Assembly (NCBI GenBank): GCA_031409655.1 | Contig: JANNXQ010000147.1 | Span: 1-48,604, forward strand | Source: Chthoniobacteraceae bacterium | GTDB taxonomy: Bacteria > Verrucomicrobiota > Verrucomicrobiia > Chthoniobacterales > Chthoniobacteraceae | Reading direction: 5' to 3' | Length of the DNA: 48,604 nucleotides | Part shown: positions 28,671 to 38,086 of the stretch, piece by piece | Layout of the letters: every line of letters starts with the position of its first letter | Numbering within the stretch: the stretch's first letter is position 1 | Translations under genes and position numbers: made by a program | The notes under the pieces: generated by a model | What the model was told of the DNA's origin: nothing | Database searches by the model: none | The model's input: the letters and a program-made list of their open reading frames with translations, nothing else

Positions 28671-29753
28671 TCACGCTTCAGACGCTTCCGCGTCGCGCCT
28701 TCTTAACTGGCCACAGGCGGCATCGATGTCCGAGCCGCGGGCGCGGCGGAGATGGGCCACGGTGCCGTGGGCACGCAGCTCCGCGAGGAAGGTTGCGGTG
28801 TGCTCCAGGCTGCTCGGCGCATAGGTGCGGCCACGCAGGCTCAGGCCAGTGGGGTTGTAGCGGAGTAAGTTCACGCGCATGCCTCGGCCGCGCAGGAGCC
28901 GGGATAGGTCGCGGGCTTGCGTCAGAGAGTCGTTCACACCGGTGAGCAGGCAGTACTGGATGGTCGTGATCCGGGCGCTGCTCGCCTGGTAACGATCCGC
29001 CGCCGCCAGCACCTCCTGCACGTCGAAGCGCCGACCCATCGGCAGCAGATCGGCCCGGGTGGCATCGTCTGGCGCGTGCAGGGACAGCGCCAGATGCACG
29101 CCGAGGTCGGCTTCGCGGAGTTCCTCGATGCCCGGCACGATGCCCACGGTGGAAATGGTGATCTGCCGCCAGCCAAGAGCACCAAGCGCGGGATCGGCCA
29201 TGCGCCGCACCGCGGGAAGCACATTCCGCAGATTTAACAGCGGCTCTCCCATGCCCATAAAGACCACCGTGCGCAGCGTGCGCCCGATCGAGCGCGCCTC
29301 CCGGCGCAACTGGATGAACTGCTCCACGATTTCACCCGACGTGAGATTCCGCTCAAAGCCCGTCTGCGTGGTGGCGCAGAAGTCGCAGCCCATCGCGCAA
29401 CCCACCTGGCTGGAGACGCACCCTGCCGCGCGTGTGGGATGAAAGTCCGGCATCAGCACCGACTCCACCGTGCGTCCGTCGGGCAACCGCAGCAGCAGCT
29501 TACTCGTCCCATCCACCGCCATCTGCCGTAGGACAAGCGTCGCCGCTTCCGCAGAAAACGCGGCCTGCAGCCGTTGCGCCAGGCCCGCCGGCATCCGCAC
29601 GTGCCGCTGCGTCTTTTCCCCGCTCGCCGCATACAACTCCCGGAGCACTCGCGCCGCATGAGCGGATTTGAAGCCCTCGTCCGTCATCCACGCTGCGAGC
29701 TCTTCCGGAGAGAGATCAGGCAGGGAACGGGGAAAGTTGGGTTTAGGATTCAT
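28671..29753 (-). CDS. rlmN: RlmN/Cfr-family radical SAM RNA methyltransferase
   Basis: CVSSQVGCAMGCDFC, MGMGEP, ITISTVG, SLHA, GVND, DIDAACGQL. May be a paralog rather than the housekeeping copy. Confidence 0.85.
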   Translation of the reverse strand: MNPKPNFPRSLPDLSPEELAAWMTDEGFKSAHAARVLRELYAASGEKTQRHVRMPAGLAQRLQAAFSAEAATLVLRQMAVDGTSKLLLRLPDGRTVESVLMPDFHPTRAAGCVSSQVGCAMGCDFCATTQTGFERNLTSGEIVEQFIQLRREARSIGRTLRTVVFMGMGEPLLNLRNVLPAVRRMADPALGALGWRQITISTVGIVPGIEELREADLGVHLALSLHAPDDATRADLLPMGRRFDVQEVLAAADRYQASSARITTIQYCLLTGVNDSLTQARDLSRLLRGRGMRVNLLRYNPTGLSLRGRTYAPSSLEHTATFLAELRAHGTVAHLRRARGSDIDAACGQLRRRDAEASEA

Positions 29754-30050
29754 CGTGCTCAAACCCACCCATAGCCGCCGGCCCAGGAATCCAACAGCAA
29801 AAGCCCGTGCTGTGAACTGGATTCTAAGAGAACAGGCGCGTACCTTTGTAATCGATCGCGGCCACTGCTTCCAAGGCAGCCTTGGCAGGGAAGGTGAGGT
29901 CGCCTAGAGCACCGACCGGGTTGCTACGACACCGAGAGTGCGCAGCGAAATTTCCAGGAACGGACATTCGCAGGAACTCGGTTAAACCTACTGAGATGTC
30001 ACCGGGGAAAATGGTCCCATGCGAATCAAGAATCTCCCGAGACCAAGCGA

Positions 30051-31340
30051 TTACTTTTGTTCGTTGAGCGCGGTCCACGCTTTGTCGATGGCACCACGGA
30101 GGATCCAGGCACGTTGCCGGCCGGATTCTTCTGCGCTTGCTGCTTTGAGGGAGTCGGTGAGTTCCTTGCGGAATCCTGCTGGGAGGTCCGCCATGCTGCG
30201 GAGAGACTCACAAGTCAGTTCATAAATGGCGGCACATCCAGCCACTTCGCCACTGTTAAATAAGGGCACGCCCCTTTTGATGGCGAGTTCGATCAAGCCA
30301 GATGGACTCAGGGGTTCAGCGGTCGTTTTGGTAGGAATGAGGACCTGATCGATGGCATGAATAACACCATTGGAAGCGGGAATGTCTGCCTTGATGAGGG
30401 AGGCCGCGCCGATTTTTACCCGACCATCGTCAAAGCGAATGTTCACTTTGGAACCCTGCAGCGTTAGCCCCTCCCGAAGTTCCAGGGCTCTGGCCAGAGA
30501 TACTTTCCCAGCGATCACATGGTATTTTAGAATGTCCACTAACTGAGCGCGATTTTCGGGCTTCAACAGACTCTCGACCGTGCCCGCCGGGAGCTTGGCG
30601 AAGGCTTCATTGGTGGGCGCGAAAACCGTGAACGGTCCTTCGCCTGCGAGCAAGCCGCCTAGTTCCGCTGCTGTCGCAGCAGCCAGCAGGGTCTTGAATT
30701 CACCCGCTGTTTTGGCCACATCGACGATGGTTTTTGAGCTTGTGGCTGCAACGGTCGGAGTCTCGTCGGCGGTAGCTTTGACGGAGGCGATCTCCACTTC
30801 AAAGACACCTGCCTTCTTGTCCGCCAAGGTGAACCCTATGGAGGTGACGGAGGCGGGATCAATTGGTCGGAGCGGCAATTCGCGGCCGAAGGCTTGTAGT
30901 TTAAAATCTGCCAGTGGGACTCGCACTTCCTTCCATTCGCCGGCCGTCGTTGGCAGGTAGGCTCGATAGGAACTGGCAGACATTTGGTCCGTGGCCCGCA
31001 GGTCAATCCAATAAGTCCGTCCATCGCCCCTGGCTTTCACGACGAGAGTGTTGGTGCCCGATAAAGCAAGTTCGGTTGGCTTCATGCGGATGGAGGCAAA
31101 GCCGCCATTGTTCTCGAGAGAAAGCTCTCCGCGAAACACGAGCGTGTTCTTGTCTGAGCGAGTGAATCCCCCCTTGGAAAGGCCGCCCATGACCCCATCG
31201 TTGACGGAAGTCCAAGTCTTGAGGGATTCTTCGTCTTCAAATGAAACGATGTTTCTATCCGCTGCGGAAAGCGAGGTGTGAGTCAGGACGAGTGCAAGAA
31301 CAAAGGCTTTTAAGCCTGAGCGTTTCGTAAAAGAGATCAT
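30051..31340 (-). CDS. Exported CIA30 + fasciclin (FAS1) domain protein with helical C-domain
   Basis: WTSVNDGVMGGLS, SLENNGGFAS, RGDGRTY (CIA30); GPFTVFAPTNEAF, LKYHV, NGVIHAIDQVL (FAS1). Confidence 0.88.
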   Translation of the reverse strand: MISFTKRSGLKAFVLALVLTHTSLSAADRNIVSFEDEESLKTWTSVNDGVMGGLSKGGFTRSDKNTLVFRGELSLENNGGFASIRMKPTELALSGTNTLVVKARGDGRTYWIDLRATDQMSASSYRAYLPTTAGEWKEVRVPLADFKLQAFGRELPLRPIDPASVTSIGFTLADKKAGVFEVEIASVKATADETPTVAATSSKTIVDVAKTAGEFKTLLAAATAAELGGLLAGEGPFTVFAPTNEAFAKLPAGTVESLLKPENRAQLVDILKYHVIAGKVSLARALELREGLTLQGSKVNIRFDDGRVKIGAASLIKADIPASNGVIHAIDQVLIPTKTTAEPLSPSGLIELAIKRGVPLFNSGEVAGCAAIYELTCESLRSMADLPAGFRKELTDSLKAASAEESGRQRAWILRGAIDKAWTALNEQK

Positions 31341-31669
31341 GGCGTGGATAAGTGGGGAGGTTGGAAATAACTCAATCTTGCGTTTAAAATTGGATGGCTA
31401 GTAGTTGGTTGCCGCAGGACGCCCAAAATGACTTTTGACTCATTCTACGGTGCTCGGGATCTTCGAAAGGCAGGATTTTGCCAAAGTCCGAAACGCTTCT
31501 CAGCGGATGCCGGATGCGTCGCCTCTGTCGCTGACCTGCGTGTGCGGCGACGTGGCCCGGCTCATGGCTTACCGCACCGGCCGCTTTGATCTCGTCGCCG
31601 CGCACGCTGGCCTCCCCCTCGTCGCCCAATACCCGCAGACGCGGATACGGGGAGGAGAACGCTCAAACT

Positions 31670-33541
31670 CTATAACGGCAGATAGCAGACCGTGTTGGAG
31701 AGCAGAATCATGATGAAGATGAGGCAGGTCGTCATCGGCCCGAGATAAATGCGGCCGGTCTGGCGGAAAAAGAAGCGGTTGAAATACGGGAGTACGAACA
31801 TCATCGGCACGACGGCGAAGAGGAGGTTGATGTAGAGCCAGCCTTCCGTCCAACGCACGGTGCCGGTGAGGGCGAAGGTCACGTATTGCGCGATGAGGAT
31901 GAAGAGGAGGCCGAGGGAATTGCCGAGTCCCGCGAGGAGCATGCTCCGCCATTCCGGCTGGCCGGCGAAACGCATCGCGGCGTTCACGCGCAGAGAATTG
32001 GACAGGAAGAAAACGAAGAACACCGGGGCATACACTGGCATCAGCAAGAGCAGCGCCGGTTGGAACACCCGCACGCCAAGAAATAAGAAGCGGTAGTCCA
32101 CATGGAACACGGCATAGACGACGGAGAGGAGCGCATAAAATGCGGTGAATAGCACGACGGCGAGCAGGAAGGTTCGCAGGAGTTCGCGCGGGCTGGTGGC
32201 GATGCCCCACGCGGCAGGAGTTGCACCGTTTTGGCGACCATGAATGCGGTAGCCGAGATAGAAGAGCGTGAAACCGACGAGGCCATTGAAGAGTGCCCAG
32301 AGCATCACTCCGTTGTTCATGCGCTGCGGGAAGAACCACGTCTGCTCACGCCCTGTCGCCTCGGTAAAAAGTTTCTGCGATAGCTCAGTGAGCGGAATGT
32401 AGGAGAAGCAGGCGATGACGGCACCGGAAAGGAAGAGTGTCCAGAAGATCAACTTTCCGCGGCCTTGCGGAGCAGGCGCAGCGGGCGGGAGCGGATGGGC
32501 GAGCGATTGAAAGAACGAGACGTGGCCGATCAGGACCTGGGCGAGAGGCACGAGCGAAACGAAGGCGGCGATGAGGGCGAGGAGCGACCAGAGCTCTTTC
32601 CAGAACCACACTTGATCGCCGGCGGGAAGCGAGTTTTCCAGGCCGAACACTTTTTGAAAGTAGGCGAGCTGGTGGGTCGTCGCTTCGATGCTGTAGGGCT
32701 GAAACGGATGCAGGAGGCGCTCGTTATGGATCACGCGGAGGGTCTTCGCCGCCGCGTCACCGTAGTAGCGATCCACTTCTACTTCCTCAATCTGCTCCGC
32801 CGCGCCGAGACCGGAGCGCACGACGCGCAAGGCCTCGGGAGCGCGCCGCATGTCGCCGTTCTTGAGTTCGTTGCGGTAAGCGCCTTCATCGTGAAACGCA
32901 TAGCTGATGCCCACATTCGAGCGGACGTTGCGGAGAGTCTTTTCGGTCAGAGTGAGAACGTAGCCGGAAACGTAAACAGAGTGCAGCTTACTTGGCGTGC
33001 CAGCCTTGCGCGCTTCGGTGCCAAAGTGCGCTGCGGCCTGGATCGCCGCATTGCCACCAGCGGAATGGCCGGTGACGCCGATACGCGTCTTATCCACGTA
33101 GTTGAGGAGGTCGGTGTTGGCGGCGTAGTTTACGACCGCAAACATTCCGTAGCCTTCCGTGGTCGCCGCGCGCCGGCTCATCGAAGAACTCGACGAACCC
33201 TGCGCGTAAGGGTCGATGACGATGGCGACCACTCCGCGCCGAGCCAGTTCCATGGCGATGTTGAGCTGCGTTTCCTTGGAGCGCTGAAAGCCCGGAACCA
33301 CGATGACGAGCGGCGCGGGCGTTTCGCTGGTGGCGGACAACGGCCGATACAAATCCGCGACCACCCACTGACCGTTTTGCGTGGGTAGCTTGAAGCCGGT
33401 CACGCGCACGCGGCCGCCGGAGGTTTGTAGTCGCGAGGCGAGCAGGCTCGCGACGACGATGATGAAAATGCAAGCGGCGAGCAGTCGCCGACTAAACACG
33501 AGACGCGCTTCGGGAATCGAGTGAGGCAATGGGGAGGGCAC
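31670..33541 (-). CDS. Alpha/beta-fold hydrolase with a C-terminal multi-pass membrane domain
   Basis: PLVIVVPG, ELARRG, RIGVTGHSAGG; about 8 hydrophobic helices in the C-terminal half. Start may be GTG 33499. Confidence 0.8.
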   Translation of the reverse strand: MPSPLPHSIPEARLVFSRRLLAACIFIIVVASLLASRLQTSGGRVRVTGFKLPTQNGQWVVADLYRPLSATSETPAPLVIVVPGFQRSKETQLNIAMELARRGVVAIVIDPYAQGSSSSSMSRRAATTEGYGMFAVVNYAANTDLLNYVDKTRIGVTGHSAGGNAAIQAAAHFGTEARKAGTPSKLHSVYVSGYVLTLTEKTLRNVRSNVGISYAFHDEGAYRNELKNGDMRRAPEALRVVRSGLGAAEQIEEVEVDRYYGDAAAKTLRVIHNERLLHPFQPYSIEATTHQLAYFQKVFGLENSLPAGDQVWFWKELWSLLALIAAFVSLVPLAQVLIGHVSFFQSLAHPLPPAAPAPQGRGKLIFWTLFLSGAVIACFSYIPLTELSQKLFTEATGREQTWFFPQRMNNGVMLWALFNGLVGFTLFYLGYRIHGRQNGATPAAWGIATSPRELLRTFLLAVVLFTAFYALLSVVYAVFHVDYRFLFLGVRVFQPALLLLMPVYAPVFFVFFLSNSLRVNAAMRFAGQPEWRSMLLAGLGNSLGLLFILIAQYVTFALTGTVRWTEGWLYINLLFAVVPMMFVLPYFNRFFFRQTGRIYLGPMTTCLIFIMILLSNTVCYLPL

Positions 33542-33665
33542 GTGGGGGACGAGTTATGACACGGGGCGCGCGGTTTTCATATCACCGTGATTTAGGGATC
33601 GCTGATTCCGCGACCGAGCAGGCGCGGCAAGATCCATTCGAACAGGACCGACGGCGGGAGAGTGG

Positions 33666-33747
33666 GACAGGATTGGCAAGATTAGCAGGATTCACAGGAT
33701 TCCATCTGGTGAAATCCTCGAATCCTCTGAATCCGGTAAATCCCATC
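33666..33747. repeat. 9-nt periodic palindromic element
   Basis: caggattgg-caagattag-caggattca-caggatt ... aatcctcg-aatcctctg-aatccggta-aatccc. Confidence 0.75.
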
Positions 33748-33858
33748 TTCAGTTCGGGAAGCTTGGCAACAAATTGGAGGGGCCCATGGGGTCCACCCAG
33801 GACGCTCCCGGAAATCACTCTAGCGTGGGAGCGAGGTCGGGATAAACTGCGGCACTCC

Positions 33859-35793
33859 ATGCTCCGCACGCGCCTCCTTCCGCTCCTTGCGCTCACTGTC
33901 GCCACCTACGGTCAGCAAACCCCCGCGCCCCAAGTCGCCGCTGTCTCGAAACCGCCCGTGGCGACCGGGAAAACGCTCGCACCGTCCTGGGACACCCAGA
34001 AGCAGGCGGGCACCACGATCCTCGCGATCCCGGCGCCGCGCGGGCAGATCGTGGATCGCGCCGGCAACCCGATGGCGCAGACGCGGGTCGGCTACAATCT
34101 CTGCCTCCAGTTCCCGACGCCGCGCACGTTTTCTGAAGCGGAAGTGCGGACCTACGCTGAACGGCGCATCGCGGCGGCGCAGGGGTTTCTCGGCCGGCCC
34201 ATCTCGTGGACGCCGGAGCAGATGGCGAAACATTACAAAAATCGCGGCATCCTCCCGATGGTCATCGCGGTGGATCTCAAGCACGGCGAGATCGACGCGA
34301 TCAAGAAAGCAAAACCCGAGGGCTTGGTGCTCCAGCCGACGTATCAGCGGCACTACCCGAATGGGAAGTTTGCCGGCCACATCATTGGCTATGCGGGCCG
34401 CTCCGGGCGGGCGCTGGAAGGCCCCATCGAATCGAACGAACCGATGTGGCCCGGGGCGGAAGGGCGCGAGGGTTTGGAGCAATCCTTCGACGATCAACTC
34501 CAGGGGCGGACGGGGCAGTATCACATCGTCACGGACGCTGCTGGGCGGCGCGCTTCCGAGCAGGTGGCGATCCCACCGCAGCCCGGCTACAACGTCGTGA
34601 CGACGATCGATACCCGCATCCAGAAGCTCTCCGAGTCGGCTCTGGAAAGAGGCTGCAAGCGCGGGGCGCTGGTCATCGTCAATCCGAACAACGGCGACAT
34701 CCTGGCGATGGCCTCGTGGCCCTCGTTCAACCCCAACTCCTTTGTCCCTTTCATTTCCACCGAAGCCTTCGACTCGCTGAACAACGATCCGAATCTCCCG
34801 CTGCTGCCCCGGGCCTTTCGCTCAGCCTATGCGCCCGGCTCGACTTTCAAAGTGATCGTCGGGCTGGCGGCGATGCAGTCCGGCAAAGTCGATCCGCACG
34901 ATGAGTTCAGTTGCCCCGGCGCGCTGAAGATCGGCGGGCTCACTTTCCGCAATTGGAAAAGCAGCCACGCCGGTTCGCTGGACTTTGCAGATGCCCTCAC
35001 CCAGTCGTGCAATACCTGGTTTTATCAGGTGGGGATGAAGATTGGTGGAGTGACGATGGCGGATTACTCGCAGCGCTTTGGCCTCGGCCAGAAGACGGGC
35101 ATCCCGCTGAACGCGGAATCGGCGGGCAGTATCCCGACCGATGAATACATGGAACGCGTCCACCACCGCCGCTTGCTGAATGGCGATCTCGCAAACTTTT
35201 CCATCGGGCAGGGCGACGTGACGACGACGCCGCTGCAGATGGCCATGGCCATGGGTGCGGTGGGAAATGGCGGGACTCTCTACTCCGCCCGGCTCGTGAC
35301 CCAGGTGCAGAGTATCGATGGGCAGATCGTGACCGCCTACGACGTCCGCGCGCGTGCCCAGACGGAACTGGATAAGGAGGTCTTTTCGTCACTGAAGCGC
35401 GGCATGCTCGGCGTCGTGGAAAGTCGCGCCGGCACCGCGCCGGTGGCGCGGATCAGCGGACTGCGCGTGGCGGGAAAGACGGGCACGGCACAGTGGGGTC
35501 CGAAGAACAAGGAGAAGACCGCCGCGTGGTTCGTCGGATTCGCCCCGGTGGAAAAACCGAAATACGCCTTCGCCGTGGTCTATGAGAGCGATGTCCGCAA
35601 TGCGGATGAGGCGCATGGCGGCACCTCGGCGGCACCGATGGTCGCGCGGGTGCTGCGGGAGCTCGCCAAGGACGAGAAAGCGGAAGCGACGAAGAAAAAA
35701 TCGAAGAAGAAGAAGACCGACGACGAGGATGAGGACGCCGGCGAAAAACCAACCCGAAAGGCCACGGCCGCGAAGGCGGACGACGGGCGGTGA
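33859..35793 (+). CDS. Class B penicillin-binding protein (PBP2/MrdA-like transpeptidase)
   Basis: PAPRGQIVDR, RHYPNG, GREGLE, PGSTFK (SxxK), SCN, FGLGQKTG, SIGQG, KTGTAQ. Confidence 0.9.
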   Translation: MLRTRLLPLLALTVATYGQQTPAPQVAAVSKPPVATGKTLAPSWDTQKQAGTTILAIPAPRGQIVDRAGNPMAQTRVGYNLCLQFPTPRTFSEAEVRTYAERRIAAAQGFLGRPISWTPEQMAKHYKNRGILPMVIAVDLKHGEIDAIKKAKPEGLVLQPTYQRHYPNGKFAGHIIGYAGRSGRALEGPIESNEPMWPGAEGREGLEQSFDDQLQGRTGQYHIVTDAAGRRASEQVAIPPQPGYNVVTTIDTRIQKLSESALERGCKRGALVIVNPNNGDILAMASWPSFNPNSFVPFISTEAFDSLNNDPNLPLLPRAFRSAYAPGSTFKVIVGLAAMQSGKVDPHDEFSCPGALKIGGLTFRNWKSSHAGSLDFADALTQSCNTWFYQVGMKIGGVTMADYSQRFGLGQKTGIPLNAESAGSIPTDEYMERVHHRRLLNGDLANFSIGQGDVTTTPLQMAMAMGAVGNGGTLYSARLVTQVQSIDGQIVTAYDVRARAQTELDKEVFSSLKRGMLGVVESRAGTAPVARISGLRVAGKTGTAQWGPKNKEKTAAWFVGFAPVEKPKYAFAVVYESDVRNADEAHGGTSAAPMVARVLRELAKDEKAEATKKKSKKKKTDDEDEDAGEKPTRKATAAKADDGR

Positions 35794-35819
35794 GCGGCGC
35801 CAGCGGCCCGGCCCCCAAA

Positions 35820-36857
35820 TTACCGAACCAGAAGGTCAGTCGTGGGCAACTGCAGATCGGTGACCGGCAACTCCGGCGCGAGCGACCGGTGAAACTGCGG
35901 ATGATCGATCGGCTCGATGTTGAAGGAGAGCCGCTCCGCTCCGCGCTGGACGATGAGTTCCACTGCGTCCCCTGCCGTCAGATAGTAGGAAGCAGTGAGC
36001 ACGTCATCTTCGGATTTTAGCGGAAAGTCGCCGAGTTGCATGAGGACGTCGCCCGCCTGAATCCTAGCTTTGGCGCCGGGGGAATTTTCCGCGAGCCCTT
36101 CGACGACGGGAGGCGCGTCAGCGGTCCCGGGCAGACTGGGCCCGATCGCGATCCCCATCCAGCCTGGCCGCACTTCCTGGAAACGCGCGAAGTCTCGCCG
36201 CACTTTCTCCGCCGCCTCGATCGGGAGGACAAAGGAGGCGCTGCCATTGTCGATGCTGCTGATGAGGAGGCCGACGACTTCGCCCTTCATGTTCAGCAAA
36301 GGCGCTCCACCCTGACCGCGTTGCACGGGGACATTGGCGCGAATGTGGGCGGTGGCGAAGCATCGCGCGAGGTAGCGAATGTCGAAGCCACCGACGATCC
36401 CGAAACTCGGGGTGATCGGGAGATCCATGGGGTAGCCAATGGCGAGCACTGGGGATGCGATGCGCAGGTCACGCGATTTACCGAAAGTCAGGAACGGCGT
36501 CTGGGCGTCAATCTGCAGGATGGCGATGCCGGTGCGCGCGTCGGCCGCGATGCGTTTCGCCGGATGCCTCGCTTCCCCGATCAAGACGACGAGATCATGG
36601 GTATCCCCGCCCACCGAGTAGGAGGTGTAGAGGGTGCCATTCGGGTCGATGAAAAAGCCGGTGCCGGAAAGTTTCCCGTCCGAATCCGCACCTTCGATGC
36701 GCACGATGGCGTCCCGGCACCTTTCAAAAAGATCGAGCACCTGATGCTGAATGGCATCGAGGACCTGAGCGCCATTTGTTTCAGAGCCGCGGAGGGTCAC
36801 CGCGCCGAAAGTGACCAGGCAAGCGAGCGCTGAAACCGCCGGACGCAGCAACCGCAT
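35820..36857 (-). CDS. HtrA/DegP-like trypsin + PDZ protein, predicted catalytically inactive
   Basis: Signal peptide; GTGFFID, VLAIGYP, GIVG, PLLNMKGEVVG, GWMGI, GDVL; triad positions read TSYSV, TGIA, GQGG. Confidence 0.85.
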   Translation of the reverse strand: MRLLRPAVSALACLVTFGAVTLRGSETNGAQVLDAIQHQVLDLFERCRDAIVRIEGADSDGKLSGTGFFIDPNGTLYTSYSVGGDTHDLVVLIGEARHPAKRIAADARTGIAILQIDAQTPFLTFGKSRDLRIASPVLAIGYPMDLPITPSFGIVGGFDIRYLARCFATAHIRANVPVQRGQGGAPLLNMKGEVVGLLISSIDNGSASFVLPIEAAEKVRRDFARFQEVRPGWMGIAIGPSLPGTADAPPVVEGLAENSPGAKARIQAGDVLMQLGDFPLKSEDDVLTASYYLTAGDAVELIVQRGAERLSFNIEPIDHPQFHRSLAPELPVTDLQLPTTDLLVR

Positions 36858-36870
36858 CCTCCGCGAGCGG

Positions 36871-37353
36871 TCAGAAGCTCGGCGAGCGCTCATAACTCAC
36901 AGGGCGCGCATCAATGATGTAACGCGGAGGCCGGACTCCACGAAGAGGGGTATTCGGGGCGATTGATTGGAGGAGCGGTTCTTCCACCGGGAGCATCACG
37001 GGTTGCGCCTGAAGCGAAAGGAGGGGTCTCTCAGATTTCGAGATCACCGAAGTCCCTGCAGTCGCCAGCACCATCGGAGCCTTCTCGACTTCCGGCGTCA
37101 TCAGACCGATCGCCGCCACACCGGCGACGAGGACCGCCGCCATTGCCCCCGCATAGGGAAGGCTCCCCATGCTGTGCTCACCGAAGTAAGTCTGCAGCCG
37201 ATCCAACGCAATCTTCCAGAGCGGACGCCGGAGTAACTCGGTGCGCTGGCGCCGATGAATGTCACTGAGCAGCCGATCATAGTATCCTGGAGGCGGTTGC
37301 TCGTAGCGCTTCAGGCGGAGCAGGGCGGAAACATTGATCTCTGGTTCGGACAT
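36871..37353 (-). CDS. Putative single-pass anti-sigma factor
   Basis: Immediately downstream of the ECF sigma; N-terminal LLRLKRYEQPPPGYYDRLLSDIHRR, then one TM helix (AGAMAAVLVAGVAAIGLM). Confidence 0.6.
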   Translation of the reverse strand: MSEPEINVSALLRLKRYEQPPPGYYDRLLSDIHRRQRTELLRRPLWKIALDRLQTYFGEHSMGSLPYAGAMAAVLVAGVAAIGLMTPEVEKAPMVLATAGTSVISKSERPLLSLQAQPVMLPVEEPLLQSIAPNTPLRGVRPPRYIIDARPVSYERSPSF

Positions 37354-37364
37354 AAGCGAGCGGG

Positions 37365-38054
37365 TCAGCCGTTGTTGGAATGGAATTCAGTGAGAAAATT
37401 TTGCAACTGCCGGTGGGCGTAAAAAAGCCGCGACCGCACCGTGCCTTCTGATGTCCCGAGGATTTTCGCGATCTCCGCGTGGGGCATCCCTTGGATGTCA
37501 AACATGGTGACCACGGCGCGGTGGTCATTCGACAGTCTCTGCATGGACTCGTTCAACCTTTTCTGGAGCTCGGCCAGATCGGCATCGCGGACCGGCGTGC
37601 TGCTCGCCGTGAGTTCGATGAATTCCTTGTCGTTCTGAATGTTTGCATCCACGTCATCGAGGCTCAGATGCCGGCGGCGGTTGCGCTTTTTCAGGAAATT
37701 GATGCTCATGTTCACCCCGATGGAGTGAATCCAGGTGTAGAACGACGACTTGCCCCGGAAGCCAACGATCGAGCGATACGCTTTCGCCCAGATGTCCTGC
37801 ATGAGGTCGTTCGTGTCCTCGTGATTCGAGGTCATGTTGTACACGAGGCCGTAGAGGCGTGGACTGTATTTTACGATGAGCTCATCAAACGCCGAGGCAT
37901 CGCCCGCGCGGGAGCGGGCGATCAACTCGTCATCCTGAATTCGGCTCGGGTCGTCCTGCATCGCTCGGGCTTTGGTATCAGGAGCGGTGAGGGTTGGGAA
38001 ATGAGATCGCGGAAGAAACCCGAGCACCTGCCCGGTCGCTGCAATGGTGGACAT
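37365..38054 (-). CDS. ECF-family RNA polymerase sigma factor (RpoE-like)
   Basis: GDASAFDELI, DLMQD, FRGKSSFYTW, EIAKILGTSEGTVRSRLFYA. Confidence 0.93.
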   Translation of the reverse strand: MSTIAATGQVLGFLPRSHFPTLTAPDTKARAMQDDPSRIQDDELIARSRAGDASAFDELIVKYSPRLYGLVYNMTSNHEDTNDLMQDIWAKAYRSIVGFRGKSSFYTWIHSIGVNMSINFLKKRNRRRHLSLDDVDANIQNDKEFIELTASSTPVRDADLAELQKRLNESMQRLSNDHRAVVTMFDIQGMPHAEIAKILGTSEGTVRSRLFYAHRQLQNFLTEFHSNNG

Positions 38055-38086
38055 GATCGTTGAGGGGATGGGAAAGGCAGCTCAGG

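Noticed and set aside
29790..29920. GCCACTG...GGGAAGG and CTGTG words reminiscent of a cobalamin riboswitch
   Set aside because: The 5' GGGAA-GGTG core and 3' AGxCAGxAGACC are not evident, and it is on the plus strand where no gene follows. An Infernal scan with the cobalamin models would settle it.
31384..31713. Small ORFs between the CIA30 gene and the hydrolase
   Set aside because: No motifs, RBS or codon-bias support.
35830..35875. LPVTDLQ/LPTTDLL duplicated heptapeptide at the HtrA-like C-terminus
   Set aside because: Only two degenerate copies; too weak to call an element.
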